IMG/VR virus record: IMGVR_UViG_3300021335_000011
Coordinates: 8,062-72,061 of that record
Strand: one strand, 5' to 3'
From: a virus
Length of the DNA stretch: 64,000 nucleotides
Shown piece by piece: positions 7,920-17,065 of this stretch; the first letter of the stretch is position 1; every line of letters begins with the position of its first letter. The position numbers and the translations under genes were made by a program. A model generated the notes under the pieces. It was given only the letters and a program-made list of their open reading frames with translations, made no database searches and was not told the DNA's origin.

Positions 7920-9541
7920 GGGCTTAAAAACATATTGTCTGTTGCATCAACAGAATGTGTAAAGCCTGTAACTAAACCTTGATTCGTTGACGCATCGACA
8001 TTTGTATTTGTCGGTGCGTTGACTATTTGAGTTCCAGCCGCTTGAGCTCCCATTGCATGATATGCTGCAGCGTCAGACATTGCTGCACCAGATTGAGGAG
8101 TTGCACGACTTACTGTAGATCGACTAGACGGAGTAGATGATACAAAATCTGGTACACCTGGTGAAGATGTTCCTAAACTTTGCGCTGGTGTTGCAGTACC
8201 TTCTCCGTTTAAAGCATCATTTACTATCTCAGGAAACGCATCAACATTTTGGCCAAGTAAGTATTGTGCTAAGCCTTTAGCAATCATATCACCAAAGAAG
8301 TAACCTCCCATACCACCGAGTGCACCTAATAGTGGAGACATTACAACTGCAGCAGGACCTGTCAGTCCACCAAGTGCCAAACCAGCTATACCACCTAAAG
8401 TACTACCACCTAAACCACCTAATATACCAGACATGCCAGCAACTTTATCGGTTACAGAACCAGGACTTGTTAGAAGCTGGAAGAGATCTAATGCTGCAAA
8501 TGCTTGTGCTATACCAGGAACACGCAATAAGTTTTTCAATTTAGGAAACTTTTTGCCTATTTCAGTGACATCTGCTGCCTTTACCATTTTACCTTTATCA
8601 GTGTGAAATCTACCAGTTTTTTTGTTAAATGTTACTTTAGTTCCATCTTTTAGTTTTCCTTGTGAGCCTGCAGGACCTTTAGGATCTTTAGTAAGAGCAT
8701 TTACATCTGTTTTATTTTTACCTAGCATAGCCATTATACCAGCTTTTGCCGCAGTAAATGGCAACATAAGACCACGCAATGCTAAGGAGATTGCTTTACC
8801 AGGAGCGAATAACGTAAATAATCCTGCCATTGCAATAGCTACACTATCAATCTCTCCAAGAAAACCGTCAAAGTCACCTTGCAATAATGCATCAATACCA
8901 TCAAGTGCACTACCTACAGTAGTTGTAATACTTGTTAATATATCTTCTATACTTGGTAATTGTATATTAAACATTGTAAAAAATTTAGTAGATAGAACAC
9001 CAAAGCTATCTCCAATTTTCTTGATCTTTTCAATATTATCGTCAGACAGTACAGCACCAAGTACTGCACCGATAGCAGCAAACTTTGCACCAAATATTAA
9101 TCCAAGACCACCAATTGATAATGATCTTTCGACCACATCTCGCATATTTTTACTTACACCGTCTACATTATCAAATACAAAATCAGCGATTTCATCGGCT
9201 AGCATAGTAATAATTAAACCTGGAATACCACGCTTCAATAATGCACCACCAATACCAGAAAGTGCTCCCATCATACCAGCGCCTGTAAGTCCACCTAAAA
9301 ATGGTAAACTAAATCCCTTTGACTCTCCGCCTCGAGCTGTTGATACATTATCTTTTCTTTGTGCTTCTTGCGCTTGGTTACGACCCTCAATATCAGCTTC
9401 AAGCGATTCTGATTCTACTTCTCTCAACTCTTGAAAGAATTTGTCAAAGCGACGATCAAGTCGTTTTAGCACCCGAGTTTGCGCCTCGTTGCCAGCTTGT
9501 TGATCTTCTAAAGATTTATTAATATCAGCTAAAGTTGCCAT
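7916..9541 (-). CDS. Tape-measure-like / baseplate hub protein (gp29 position)
   Basis: 541 aa, Gly/Ala/Leu-rich amphipathic segments; lies downstream of gp54-gp26-gp51. Confidence 0.6.
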   Translation of the reverse strand: MATLADINKSLEDQQAGNEAQTRVLKRLDRRFDKFFQELREVESESLEADIEGRNQAQEAQRKDNVSTARGGESKGFSLPFLGGLTGAGMMGALSGIGGALLKRGIPGLIITMLADEIADFVFDNVDGVSKNMRDVVERSLSIGGLGLIFGAKFAAIGAVLGAVLSDDNIEKIKKIGDSFGVLSTKFFTMFNIQLPSIEDILTSITTTVGSALDGIDALLQGDFDGFLGEIDSVAIAMAGLFTLFAPGKAISLALRGLMLPFTAAKAGIMAMLGKNKTDVNALTKDPKGPAGSQGKLKDGTKVTFNKKTGRFHTDKGKMVKAADVTEIGKKFPKLKNLLRVPGIAQAFAALDLFQLLTSPGSVTDKVAGMSGILGGLGGSTLGGIAGLALGGLTGPAAVVMSPLLGALGGMGGYFFGDMIAKGLAQYLLGQNVDAFPEIVNDALNGEGTATPAQSLGTSSPGVPDFVSSTPSSRSTVSRATPQSGAAMSDAAAYHAMGAQAAGTQIVNAPTNTNVDASTNQGLVTGFTHSVDATDNMFLSP

Positions 9542-9542
9542 A

Positions 9543-9728
9543 TTATCCTCGTTGTTGCTGAGCTTGTAATTCTTTTTCTTTCAATTCGTCGAGTAGCATA
9601 GTAATGTAGATTTCCCTCTCCCACGGAATCATAGTGTCAAGATCATATAACGAATAATGGAAATTCTGTAATAACTGGTAGTTTACTCTATAAAAATTCT
9701 CGAGACTATCGTGTGAGAGGTTTATTAA
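9543..9728 (-). CDS. gp51: gp51-like baseplate hub assembly ORF with no proper start, probably reached by -1 frameshift from gp26
   Basis: Open frame LINLSHDSLENFYRVNYQLLQNFHYSLYDLDTMIPWEREIYITMLLDELKE...; the M.PWEREIY motif; first ATG only at codon 33. Confidence 0.75.
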   Translation of the reverse strand, partial: LINLSHDSLENFYRVNYQLLQNFHYSLYDLDTMIPWEREIYITMLLDELKEKELQAQQQRG

Positions 9729-10438
9729 AAAAAATCATCAAGTCCTTTCAATGTTCGTTTGTTAACTGCTTCACATGATTTACATTTAAATTCTATATCT
9801 TGAGTCACTGTTGGCATAGCCTCAACCCAAGTTGTAATAGCCTCAAACTGCGAAGTAGTTAATGAATCTAAAAACCTTTGTACTTCTTCAATTGGTTCAT
9901 CACTAATTTTAATAGCTTCTTCTTCAGTATAAACTGTATCAATGCATGCAATAATAAGATCCATTAATACGTCTGTTCTTGATTTGTTATCATCAAAGAA
10001 TGTGCCACGATTCATAAAGAAAGAATATGTAGGATGCCTCAATTTTATCGAGATCTCATCAGTAATTTTAACAGTGTTTTTATCTTCAGTTTGTAGAACT
10101 TCGATTTTGTCAAGATTTACTGTTACTTCATTTGATTCTTCACATTCTTGGCAAGCAATCATAATGTTTGCTGCTTCACCAACAGACTTAGATCTAATTT
10201 TAGTAAAAATATAATCTACGTCATACGTTGTTAACTTATTTAATTCATAATCACCTATTACACATGTGTCAATAGTATTCATAATAGAATTTACAATTTC
10301 TTTTTTATTCTGTGATTCGTATGCTAACATCAATACTTTTTGTTCTTTAACTAAGAATGGTCTGTATTTAACTTGATTGTTTGTTGATGGAATAACTAAA
10401 TCATATTGTGGATTGTCATTCAAACGTGGTAGTGCCAT
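9725..10438 (-). CDS. gp26: Baseplate hub subunit / tail assembly chaperone gp26-like
   Basis: MALPRL..P.Y.L.IPS, KYRPFLVKEQKVL, IRSKSVGE, two CxxC pairs, ends GLDDFF. Confidence 0.85.
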   Translation of the reverse strand: MALPRLNDNPQYDLVIPSTNNQVKYRPFLVKEQKVLMLAYESQNKKEIVNSIMNTIDTCVIGDYELNKLTTYDVDYIFTKIRSKSVGEAANIMIACQECEESNEVTVNLDKIEVLQTEDKNTVKITDEISIKLRHPTYSFFMNRGTFFDDNKSRTDVLMDLIIACIDTVYTEEEAIKISDEPIEEVQRFLDSLTTSQFEAITTWVEAMPTVTQDIEFKCKSCEAVNKRTLKGLDDFF

Positions 10439-10447
10439 TTATTTCTC

Positions 10448-11116
10448 CTATAAACCCAAAGATCCCAACCCGGCTGAAGCTGAAATCCATCCTTGGCCAC
10501 TCGATGTATTTTGCCAATTAGTATAAGCTATCGTAACTGATACTTGTACTAATCCATCAAGTTCATTATTTAATTCGATTGTTGATACATTAATTGGAAA
10601 TGCGTCAATAAGTTCTACTGAATATACACTTCCTCCGCCTAATCCCAGATTTACTCGAATAGGTCCAAGGTTTGCACCTGCACCTATTAACGGTTTTCTT
10701 AGTTGATGTATCTTAATACTACGTGCATAATCTTTTTTGTAATTTGCTTCACCAGGTGTTTCACTAATTGTTATAGAACGCCATTCATCAAAATACTTTA
10801 CAATTCCATAATCATTCAAACAATAAAAGGTAAGAGTTACATCATCAACCGCATAGCCATATGCTACTCTTTGGTTTTCAGCACCAATAGCTCTATCGTG
10901 TGTTAATACTCTTTTACCTGGTAATTCAGCTGAAGCACAGATAATATTCATATCTGCTCCACCTAATAAATTTGACAGTTGTGTAAGTACACCTACTAGA
11001 CCACCGAGTTGTGGTTTACCTCCAAGATTTGATGGTAGCTGCACCAAGAACTGATTATTACGGGCGAAACCCATCTTTAATGAAGCTGCTGACTTTAGCT
11101 GGTCAATTGATGTCAT
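10448..11116 (-). CDS. gp54: Tail tube-fold baseplate protein (gp54-like initiator)
   Basis: ARNNQFLV, CASAELPG, VTLTF...YFDEW, L.DAFP..V..IEL, V.V.IAY..W. Confidence 0.7.
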   Translation of the reverse strand: MTSIDQLKSAASLKMGFARNNQFLVQLPSNLGGKPQLGGLVGVLTQLSNLLGGADMNIICASAELPGKRVLTHDRAIGAENQRVAYGYAVDDVTLTFYCLNDYGIVKYFDEWRSITISETPGEANYKKDYARSIKIHQLRKPLIGAGANLGPIRVNLGLGGGSVYSVELIDAFPINVSTIELNNELDGLVQVSVTIAYTNWQNTSSGQGWISASAGLGSLGL

Positions 11117-11697
11117 ACCATACTCCTACTATTTTTATATACTTGAGCTTGATTAGATTTTTGCCAATCAGCTGTAGGTAAGAATGTAGCAATCTCCCAT
11201 TCAGGTGCATGTACTCTTGCAAATCGACTTTTAACATGCGCAGTAAGATAGTGTTTATAGCAAGGTTTAAAATATCGCATCTTACTTGAAGCATTTAATA
11301 ATTTATAATTTAATTGAAATTTCGTAGTTTCATCATATGATTTATTATTAGTAATATCAAGTAATGTATCTAAAAATTTTGCACGTAAGACTGGAGGTAG
11401 ATAATGTAAATTCAAACCAAAAAAACCACCAGGTGCAGGGCCAACTACAATAGCTAGAGGAAACTTATCATAGAATGGTAGAGTGTCTTTATGTTTTGGA
11501 TCATAAAAAAACATATTCATTGATCCAACTAGCTGACGATTAGTAAGTTTAGTCTGATCGTCTTGCATAAGCTCAAGTCTATTAACACGACTTAGACTTT
11601 GTGCTTTCTTACGAAACCAATCACGGGCCTCTTGACTACGTGGATTAATACCTGCACGAAATGCTTCGTATCCAATTTTTTGAAATAGATTACTCAT
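11113..11697 (-). CDS. gp2: DNA end protector protein gp2
   Basis: FFYDPKHKDTLPFYDKFPL, GLNLHYLPP, PCYKHYL..HVKSRF, WEIATFLP. Confidence 0.9.
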   Translation of the reverse strand: MSNLFQKIGYEAFRAGINPRSQEARDWFRKKAQSLSRVNRLELMQDDQTKLTNRQLVGSMNMFFYDPKHKDTLPFYDKFPLAIVVGPAPGGFFGLNLHYLPPVLRAKFLDTLLDITNNKSYDETTKFQLNYKLLNASSKMRYFKPCYKHYLTAHVKSRFARVHAPEWEIATFLPTADWQKSNQAQVYKNSRSMV

Positions 11698-11702
11698 GAG
11701 TC

Positions 11703-11710
11703 TATTTATA
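11703..11710 (-). promoter_or_regulatory. T4-type late promoter
   Basis: TATAAATA on the minus strand immediately upstream of gp2. Confidence 0.75.
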
Positions 11711-12208
11711 TCATTTTTTCTTGTTTTTACGATAAGGAGCTAGAGGTTTAAGTGGTTTCAATTTACCAGGTTGGGCTTTAGGCATGATACCATTTTCACG
11801 CAATGTGTTTTCTGTCCAGATTTGGAATTCCCAACCTCTATCCTTTGCATATTTATTTGCAGCTTCCCACTTATTCATATTCTTGACATATGTTAGTGAT
11901 TCTGAAATATATTTTTTAGTACGTTTAGTTCCTGTCGGCGGTGAAGTTTCTTTATTAGGCTTTATCTCTACAAGCACAGTTTTACCATTCTGAAATGTAA
12001 TTTTCAGATCTACAAAATATCTATGGTATCTCTTATCGACGTCGTAGTAATATGGTACTACAGTCTCTTCAGATGACCATGATTTTACTTCAGGCGTTTT
12101 ATCGCACCACATAAAGGCATATTTTTCCCACATAGATCGATAAACGACCTTGTCAGGATTGCCTTTATACTTTTTAATGTTAGGTCGGTATCTTCCAGAA
12201 TATGCCAT
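11711..12208 (-). CDS. gp4: Head completion nuclease gp4
   Basis: MAYSGRY.P...KY.G, YRSMWE, WSSEE, HRYFVD, VEIKP, KWEAA..YA..RGW.F.I.TE; start reassigned to 12208. Confidence 0.9.
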   Translation of the reverse strand: MAYSGRYRPNIKKYKGNPDKVVYRSMWEKYAFMWCDKTPEVKSWSSEETVVPYYYDVDKRYHRYFVDLKITFQNGKTVLVEIKPNKETSPPTGTKRTKKYISESLTYVKNMNKWEAANKYAKDRGWEFQIWTENTLRENGIMPKAQPGKLKPLKPLAPYRKNKKK

Positions 12209-12215
12209 TTTTTGA

Positions 12216-12251
12216 TATAAATAGGTTGTAAGGTGTTCCATGATATTTATA
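12216..12251. promoter_or_regulatory. Overlapping pair of oppositely oriented late promoters serving gp48 and gp4
   Basis: TATAAATA on + at 12216-12223 (gp48) and on - at 12244-12251 (gp4). Confidence 0.8.
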
Positions 12252-12261
12252 AGGATAGGAC

Positions 12262-13500
12262 ATGGCAGAACAACAATATAAAATGGTGAAGGCTAAAAAC
12301 GGAAATTGGAAATCTAAGGATTATAGTCAGCCAATTCCTAGTGATGGCGATGCACCATCTGCAGCCGGTACAACTACATCAGTAAAAATTGCTGACCCAT
12401 CTAGTTTGTTTAATCAATTAGGTACAAACGGAGGTAATACTAAAGGAGCAATGGGACCACCATTAGTATTAAGATACCCATTAGAAAATCAAGACTATTA
12501 TAAAGCAGCAATTAAATTTGCATTATATAGTGTCAATCCATATGATATTGATGCACAAGCAGCCAAAAATATTATCGATGCACCTTTTTTAGTCAACACA
12601 TTTGCTGGTAAGAAGGTAACAGAAAATGCCTCAGATCAATCGCGATTGGCTGCAGAAGCGGACAATGACGGTGCTATTGGATATGAAGGACAAGATCTAA
12701 TACCGTCAGATGTTAAAGGTAAAGAACAGCAAGAGGCATCATTTACTGGAACTAATATTGATTTAAGTCTTGATCCAACAGCTTTAAACAAAAATATTAT
12801 ATTGTATTTCCCTCCAGGTGTACAACTTAATGATGCAGTTGTCTATGATACTAATACAAATTTAGGACCTGGCGGTGCAACTGCCCTTGCAGCTTTGCGT
12901 AATGGTGAATCATTAGCTGGTTCTGTAGGCACTGGAGTTATGGAAGGTATCGCAAACTTATTTAGTTTGTTGAAAGGTGATATTATGAATCAAGAAGCTG
13001 CGCAAGTTGCAGCTACTCGAGCATTTAATAAAATGCCTTCTGGCGGTGTACAAAATATGACTCGTATTGCTTTGCAAAAAATGATTAATCCTAATACACG
13101 AACTATGTTTCAGGGTGTACCAATTCGTGAATTTGCATTTACATTCCGTATGGTTGCAACTTCTGCATCTGAAGCACGAGAGATAGAAAAAATTATAAAA
13201 GAATTTAGAACAGAATTATATCCAGAAGCGGTACAGGCTGGAGGATTGCCTGTTGGCTATAAATTCCCTAATTTATTTAAAATTAATTTTATGTACAACG
13301 GAACTACTAATAAAGCAATGCCACAACCTCTTTTGTGCTACTTAAGATCAGTACAAACTTCATACAATCCAGGTAATATGGTTTTTCATGCTGATGGCCA
13401 ACCGACAGAGATTGATCTATCATTAAGCTTTGCAGAATTCAGAGCACTTACAAAACAAGATATTTTAAAGGGATCATCTGCTTCAGGAGGACCACATTAA
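12262..13500 (+). CDS. gp48: Baseplate tail-tube cap gp48
   Basis: LRYP, INP...MFQG...REF.FTF, P.LF.I, C.L.SV..SY.P, G.P.EIDLSLSF.E. Confidence 0.8.
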   Translation: MAEQQYKMVKAKNGNWKSKDYSQPIPSDGDAPSAAGTTTSVKIADPSSLFNQLGTNGGNTKGAMGPPLVLRYPLENQDYYKAAIKFALYSVNPYDIDAQAAKNIIDAPFLVNTFAGKKVTENASDQSRLAAEADNDGAIGYEGQDLIPSDVKGKEQQEASFTGTNIDLSLDPTALNKNIILYFPPGVQLNDAVVYDTNTNLGPGGATALAALRNGESLAGSVGTGVMEGIANLFSLLKGDIMNQEAAQVAATRAFNKMPSGGVQNMTRIALQKMINPNTRTMFQGVPIREFAFTFRMVATSASEAREIEKIIKEFRTELYPEAVQAGGLPVGYKFPNLFKINFMYNGTTNKAMPQPLLCYLRSVQTSYNPGNMVFHADGQPTEIDLSLSFAEFRALTKQDILKGSSASGGPH

Positions 13501-14255
13501 TGGATTATTTTAAATATTTTCCATACACTCGATATGTGTTTGGCAATGAAGCCGAAGAAATTGGCACAGGTAAAGTTATTACTGAGGTAGTACAAGACAT
13601 ATCACGTTATGTCGATGTAATTGATGAAGTAAAGAGAAGTAAAGCATTTTCTACTCAATACTATATTCAAGAGAATGAACGACCTGATAATGTTTCTCAG
13701 TTACTTTATGGTAATCCATCATATCATTGGACATTTTGGTTAATGAATGACCATATTAGAGAGCAAGGTTGGCCACTTACATATAGGCAAATGCAGAAAC
13801 AATTGGACAGAGATTTTCCTGGTTATGTTGCAATCACTACAACAGATCTTACTGGTCACTATGTTCCTGGTGAGATAGTAACAGGATCTACATCTGGTGC
13901 ACGTGCTGAAGTAGTGCGTAGAAGACTTGATTTTGGAGCTATACATCTAAAAATGATTGGCGATCGAAAATTTAATAGCTATGAACGTATAGTCTCAAAA
14001 TCTCTAAGTGCATTGCAAACACAAGCGGTTAACGCCAATATAATGCTTGAGTATAAGTCGCCACACCATTATGTCAATGGTTCTGGTGATAGGGTTGATA
14101 TCGATCCGTCATCTGGACCAGGTGCTTTAGTGACTGAGGTTACTATTGAAGACTATTATCATATACAAAACGATAAACTCAAAGAGATAAACGTTATTAA
14201 ACCTGATAGCATTGTTGAAGTAGCTAGTCTTTATAGGGAAGCAATTAGCAGTTAA
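13500..14255 (+). CDS. gp53: Baseplate wedge subunit gp53
   Basis: YFKYFP, YYIQENERPDNVSQLLYG...YHWTFWLMN, WPL. Confidence 0.85.
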   Translation: MDYFKYFPYTRYVFGNEAEEIGTGKVITEVVQDISRYVDVIDEVKRSKAFSTQYYIQENERPDNVSQLLYGNPSYHWTFWLMNDHIREQGWPLTYRQMQKQLDRDFPGYVAITTTDLTGHYVPGEIVTGSTSGARAEVVRRRLDFGAIHLKMIGDRKFNSYERIVSKSLSALQTQAVNANIMLEYKSPHHYVNGSGDRVDIDPSSGPGALVTEVTIEDYYHIQNDKLKEINVIKPDSIVEVASLYREAISS

Positions 14256-15607
14256 TGTCAAATCAATCTTTTCAAAATGATGTAGCTTCATCTGATGTTA
14301 TTTTTGAAGCGTTAAGTATTTTTTCTTCAAGAATGATAGAAGCAGTTGACGTGCGGGATTTTAGTCCTGGTTTGCAAATCTTCGAGCATCTTGATAAACC
14401 ATACTTAACTGGCACATTAGTTATAGCAGACACTACTCGAATATACGATAGAATGGATTTTCAAGGTGCAGAATATCTTGAAGTAAAACTAAAAAGAAGT
14501 CCATCTTCACCAACTTATGTAAAAATGTTTAACATAACTGAAGTAACAAATACACGAAAAACTAATGACCAGTCAGAAGTTATTACTCTACAAATTGTAG
14601 AAGATCTAGCTTATAAGGCAAAGTTACATAATATCAATAAACATTATTATGGCAAACCTTCGAAGATTATAGAATCTATTGCTAAAGAGTATCTCTATAA
14701 AAGTTTAATTACTTCAGAAGAAGCAGATTATCAAGGAGATATGAATGTTATTATTCCTAATTTAAATCCTATTGAGACTATGATATGGTTAAAGGAACGT
14801 ATGACAAATATAGAAGGATTTCCATATTTTCTGTATTCTACTATAGGGAAACGTGAATTATTTTTTATAAATTTAGCTGATATGCTTTCTGCACCTGCTA
14901 TTAACAAAAAAACTCCATTTGTATATTCACAGGCACCTACTTCAGTAGAAAATAAAAATAGATTTTTTAATATACAAGATTATAAACATCATAAATCAGA
15001 AAACATGTTAAATCTTATATCAAAGGGTTTAGTCGGTGGTGTGCATAATTTTTATAATACTATGGATGCAAAATATGAAGAAGTTACTTTTGATATAATT
15101 AAAGAACTAAATGAAGCTGTATCAACTAAAAACTCAAATCAAAAAACAATGGATATTGCAGATGACTTTGAGATTGACGGCGATAAGTTACATAATTATA
15201 GGTCAAGATACATATACAGATTAAGCTCGTCAGGTGCATATAGTATTCTCGAAGGATCCGCTAAAAGTTATGACGAAGAATACAATGTTGGAGATCATAA
15301 GAAAAAAATTATTAAAGCTGCTTTAAAACAATTGTTAGCTAGAAGTGCTATAGAAATACGTGTATCAGGTAAAGAATTTTTAGCTGCAGATGGAAGTATG
15401 CCTGAACATTATACAATAGGTAATTCAATAAGAATACAATTTATGGGAAATGGACCAAATCAAGAAAAGCCATTTCTTGATCCAAAAAAATCAGGTGATT
15501 ATATTATTTTTGCAGCAAATCATAGTATGTCTGCTGAAAGATATGATATAACTTTCTTATGCGTTAAAATAGCAAATATTAATAACGCTGAAATTATAGG
15601 TGAGTAA
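14255..15607 (+). CDS. Putative baseplate hub protein (gp27-like)
   Basis: IFEHLDKPYLTG.L.I.D, IIPN..P, SGDYII...H; sits between gp53 and gp5. Confidence 0.6.
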   Translation: MSNQSFQNDVASSDVIFEALSIFSSRMIEAVDVRDFSPGLQIFEHLDKPYLTGTLVIADTTRIYDRMDFQGAEYLEVKLKRSPSSPTYVKMFNITEVTNTRKTNDQSEVITLQIVEDLAYKAKLHNINKHYYGKPSKIIESIAKEYLYKSLITSEEADYQGDMNVIIPNLNPIETMIWLKERMTNIEGFPYFLYSTIGKRELFFINLADMLSAPAINKKTPFVYSQAPTSVENKNRFFNIQDYKHHKSENMLNLISKGLVGGVHNFYNTMDAKYEEVTFDIIKELNEAVSTKNSNQKTMDIADDFEIDGDKLHNYRSRYIYRLSSSGAYSILEGSAKSYDEEYNVGDHKKKIIKAALKQLLARSAIEIRVSGKEFLAADGSMPEHYTIGNSIRIQFMGNGPNQEKPFLDPKKSGDYIIFAANHSMSAERYDITFLCVKIANINNAEIIGE

Positions 15608-16485
15608 TGATACCAAATAGCAATATTGATTATTATGGAGATCAAACTCGATGGTTTATTGGTACAGCTATTGATATTAATGATCCATTAGAAATGGGTA
15701 GAGTTAAAGTGCGGGTCTATGGTATTCATAGCTCTGATACTGGAGACATACCACTTGGCGCATTACCATGGGCTCAAGTAGTATCTCCTATTACTGAAGG
15801 TGGTAGTAGTGGTATAGGTGCAAATACTGGTATAAAACCGATGGCTCAAGTATATGGCATATTTTTAGATGGTAAAAATTCACAGTTACCATTAATTTTA
15901 GGATCTATACCTAAATTTGAGCCTGTGCATATTAATCAAGTAGAATCGAACTTTTCAAGAGACGAGATTCCTAGTCGACCTGATGGAAGTCCAGCAACTC
16001 GCAACGTGATAGCAGCATCTATTATCGATGATGAAAAATTAATTGGTAGTGATAATAAAGAAAAGTGTTTTAATTTCTTTATATCAGATGAAGTACCTGA
16101 AAGATTTCTATCGCATCAAGCTGCAGGTATTGTAGGTAATTTAATTGTAGAGAGTGGCAATACAGTAAATCCACTCGCTAAAAATAAAGGTGAAGGATCA
16201 TTTGGTATTGCGCAATGGAATCCAGCAACCGAAAGATTAACAAATTTATATTCATTTGCCCGAAGAAATAATTTACCACCTGAAAGCTTATATGTACAAC
16301 TTCAGTATATAATACATGAATTATATAAACATTCATATTTTGGTTTGGCCAAATTACGGGCCGCAGAAGATGTACAAACTGCATCAAATGTATTTGAACA
16401 ATATTACGAAAGACCAGCTAAAGGCAGTTCATCTCGAAGAGTTGCTGCATCAAGAGAACTATTAGCTAAGATGGATACAGTATGA
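15607..16485 (+). CDS. gp5: gp5 N-terminal OB-fold fused to a phage-tail-lysozyme domain
   Basis: WFIG...DPLEMGRVKVRVYGIH, LPWA, G.FLDG...Q.P.ILG; C-terminal AAGIVGNL..ESG, GIAQW, QL.YI..EL, F...YERP. Confidence 0.8.
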   Translation: MIPNSNIDYYGDQTRWFIGTAIDINDPLEMGRVKVRVYGIHSSDTGDIPLGALPWAQVVSPITEGGSSGIGANTGIKPMAQVYGIFLDGKNSQLPLILGSIPKFEPVHINQVESNFSRDEIPSRPDGSPATRNVIAASIIDDEKLIGSDNKEKCFNFFISDEVPERFLSHQAAGIVGNLIVESGNTVNPLAKNKGEGSFGIAQWNPATERLTNLYSFARRNNLPPESLYVQLQYIIHELYKHSYFGLAKLRAAEDVQTASNVFEQYYERPAKGSSSRRVAASRELLAKMDTV

Positions 16486-17003
16486 CAGTTAATAAAGAAG
16501 AAATGAAGGCACAAGCTGCACAGGCTATTAATGCGCTACAATCAACAGGTTTACTTCCTGCTGAATCAGCCTTAATTTTAAGTGCAATGGCTACAACAAC
16601 TATTGAAATCGCTGCTGATCTTGAAGAGAAAGGCGGATTCAAAAAACTTGGTGCACAAGGCGTAACAGGAGAAACTGTTACTGATGGGCCAATGGTTGCT
16701 AGACTTACAAATAATGGGCCAGCAAATATCGAAAAAACAAATACGAAAGTGCAAAGTCAGTCAGATATTACTGGTAAATCTGGTGGCAACGGGCAACTTA
16801 CAGTTGCTATTAGTCAAGCTACACCAAAGGCACAAAAGAAGGTATTAGAAGATGTTGTTAAAGCACCAAAGGATGTTATTGATAAAGTAAACAAAGAAAC
16901 TTCAACAGCTCCAGATGTTGTAAATGAAGAAATCAAAAAAGATCCAAAGGCTGAACTAGGTAAGTTTATTAAGGCTGCTAAAAAAGCAGAAAACATTGCA
17001 TAG
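16482..17003 (+). CDS. Hypothetical baseplate-associated protein (possibly the 5' half of a frameshifted gene)
   Basis: 173-aa ORF with ATGA overlap; the -1 frame is open from 16982 into the next ORF. Confidence 0.65.
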   Translation: MTVNKEEMKAQAAQAINALQSTGLLPAESALILSAMATTTIEIAADLEEKGGFKKLGAQGVTGETVTDGPMVARLTNNGPANIEKTNTKVQSQSDITGKSGGNGQLTVAISQATPKAQKKVLEDVVKAPKDVIDKVNKETSTAPDVVNEEIKKDPKAELGKFIKAAKKAENIA

Positions 17004-17065
17004 ATAATCCTATTGGTTCTCAGAATAATGAGCTCGGTTCTATCGGTGCCAAGTTTGGCAATTTA

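Noticed and set aside
8622-9434. 270-aa plus-strand ORF
   Set aside because: Antisense shadow of the tape-measure-like gene; Pro/Ser/Ile-rich mirror composition and no RBS.
12209-12241. N-terminal extension of gp4 in the ORF track
   Set aside because: It spans the late promoter region; the gp4-like sequence begins at MAYSG (12208).
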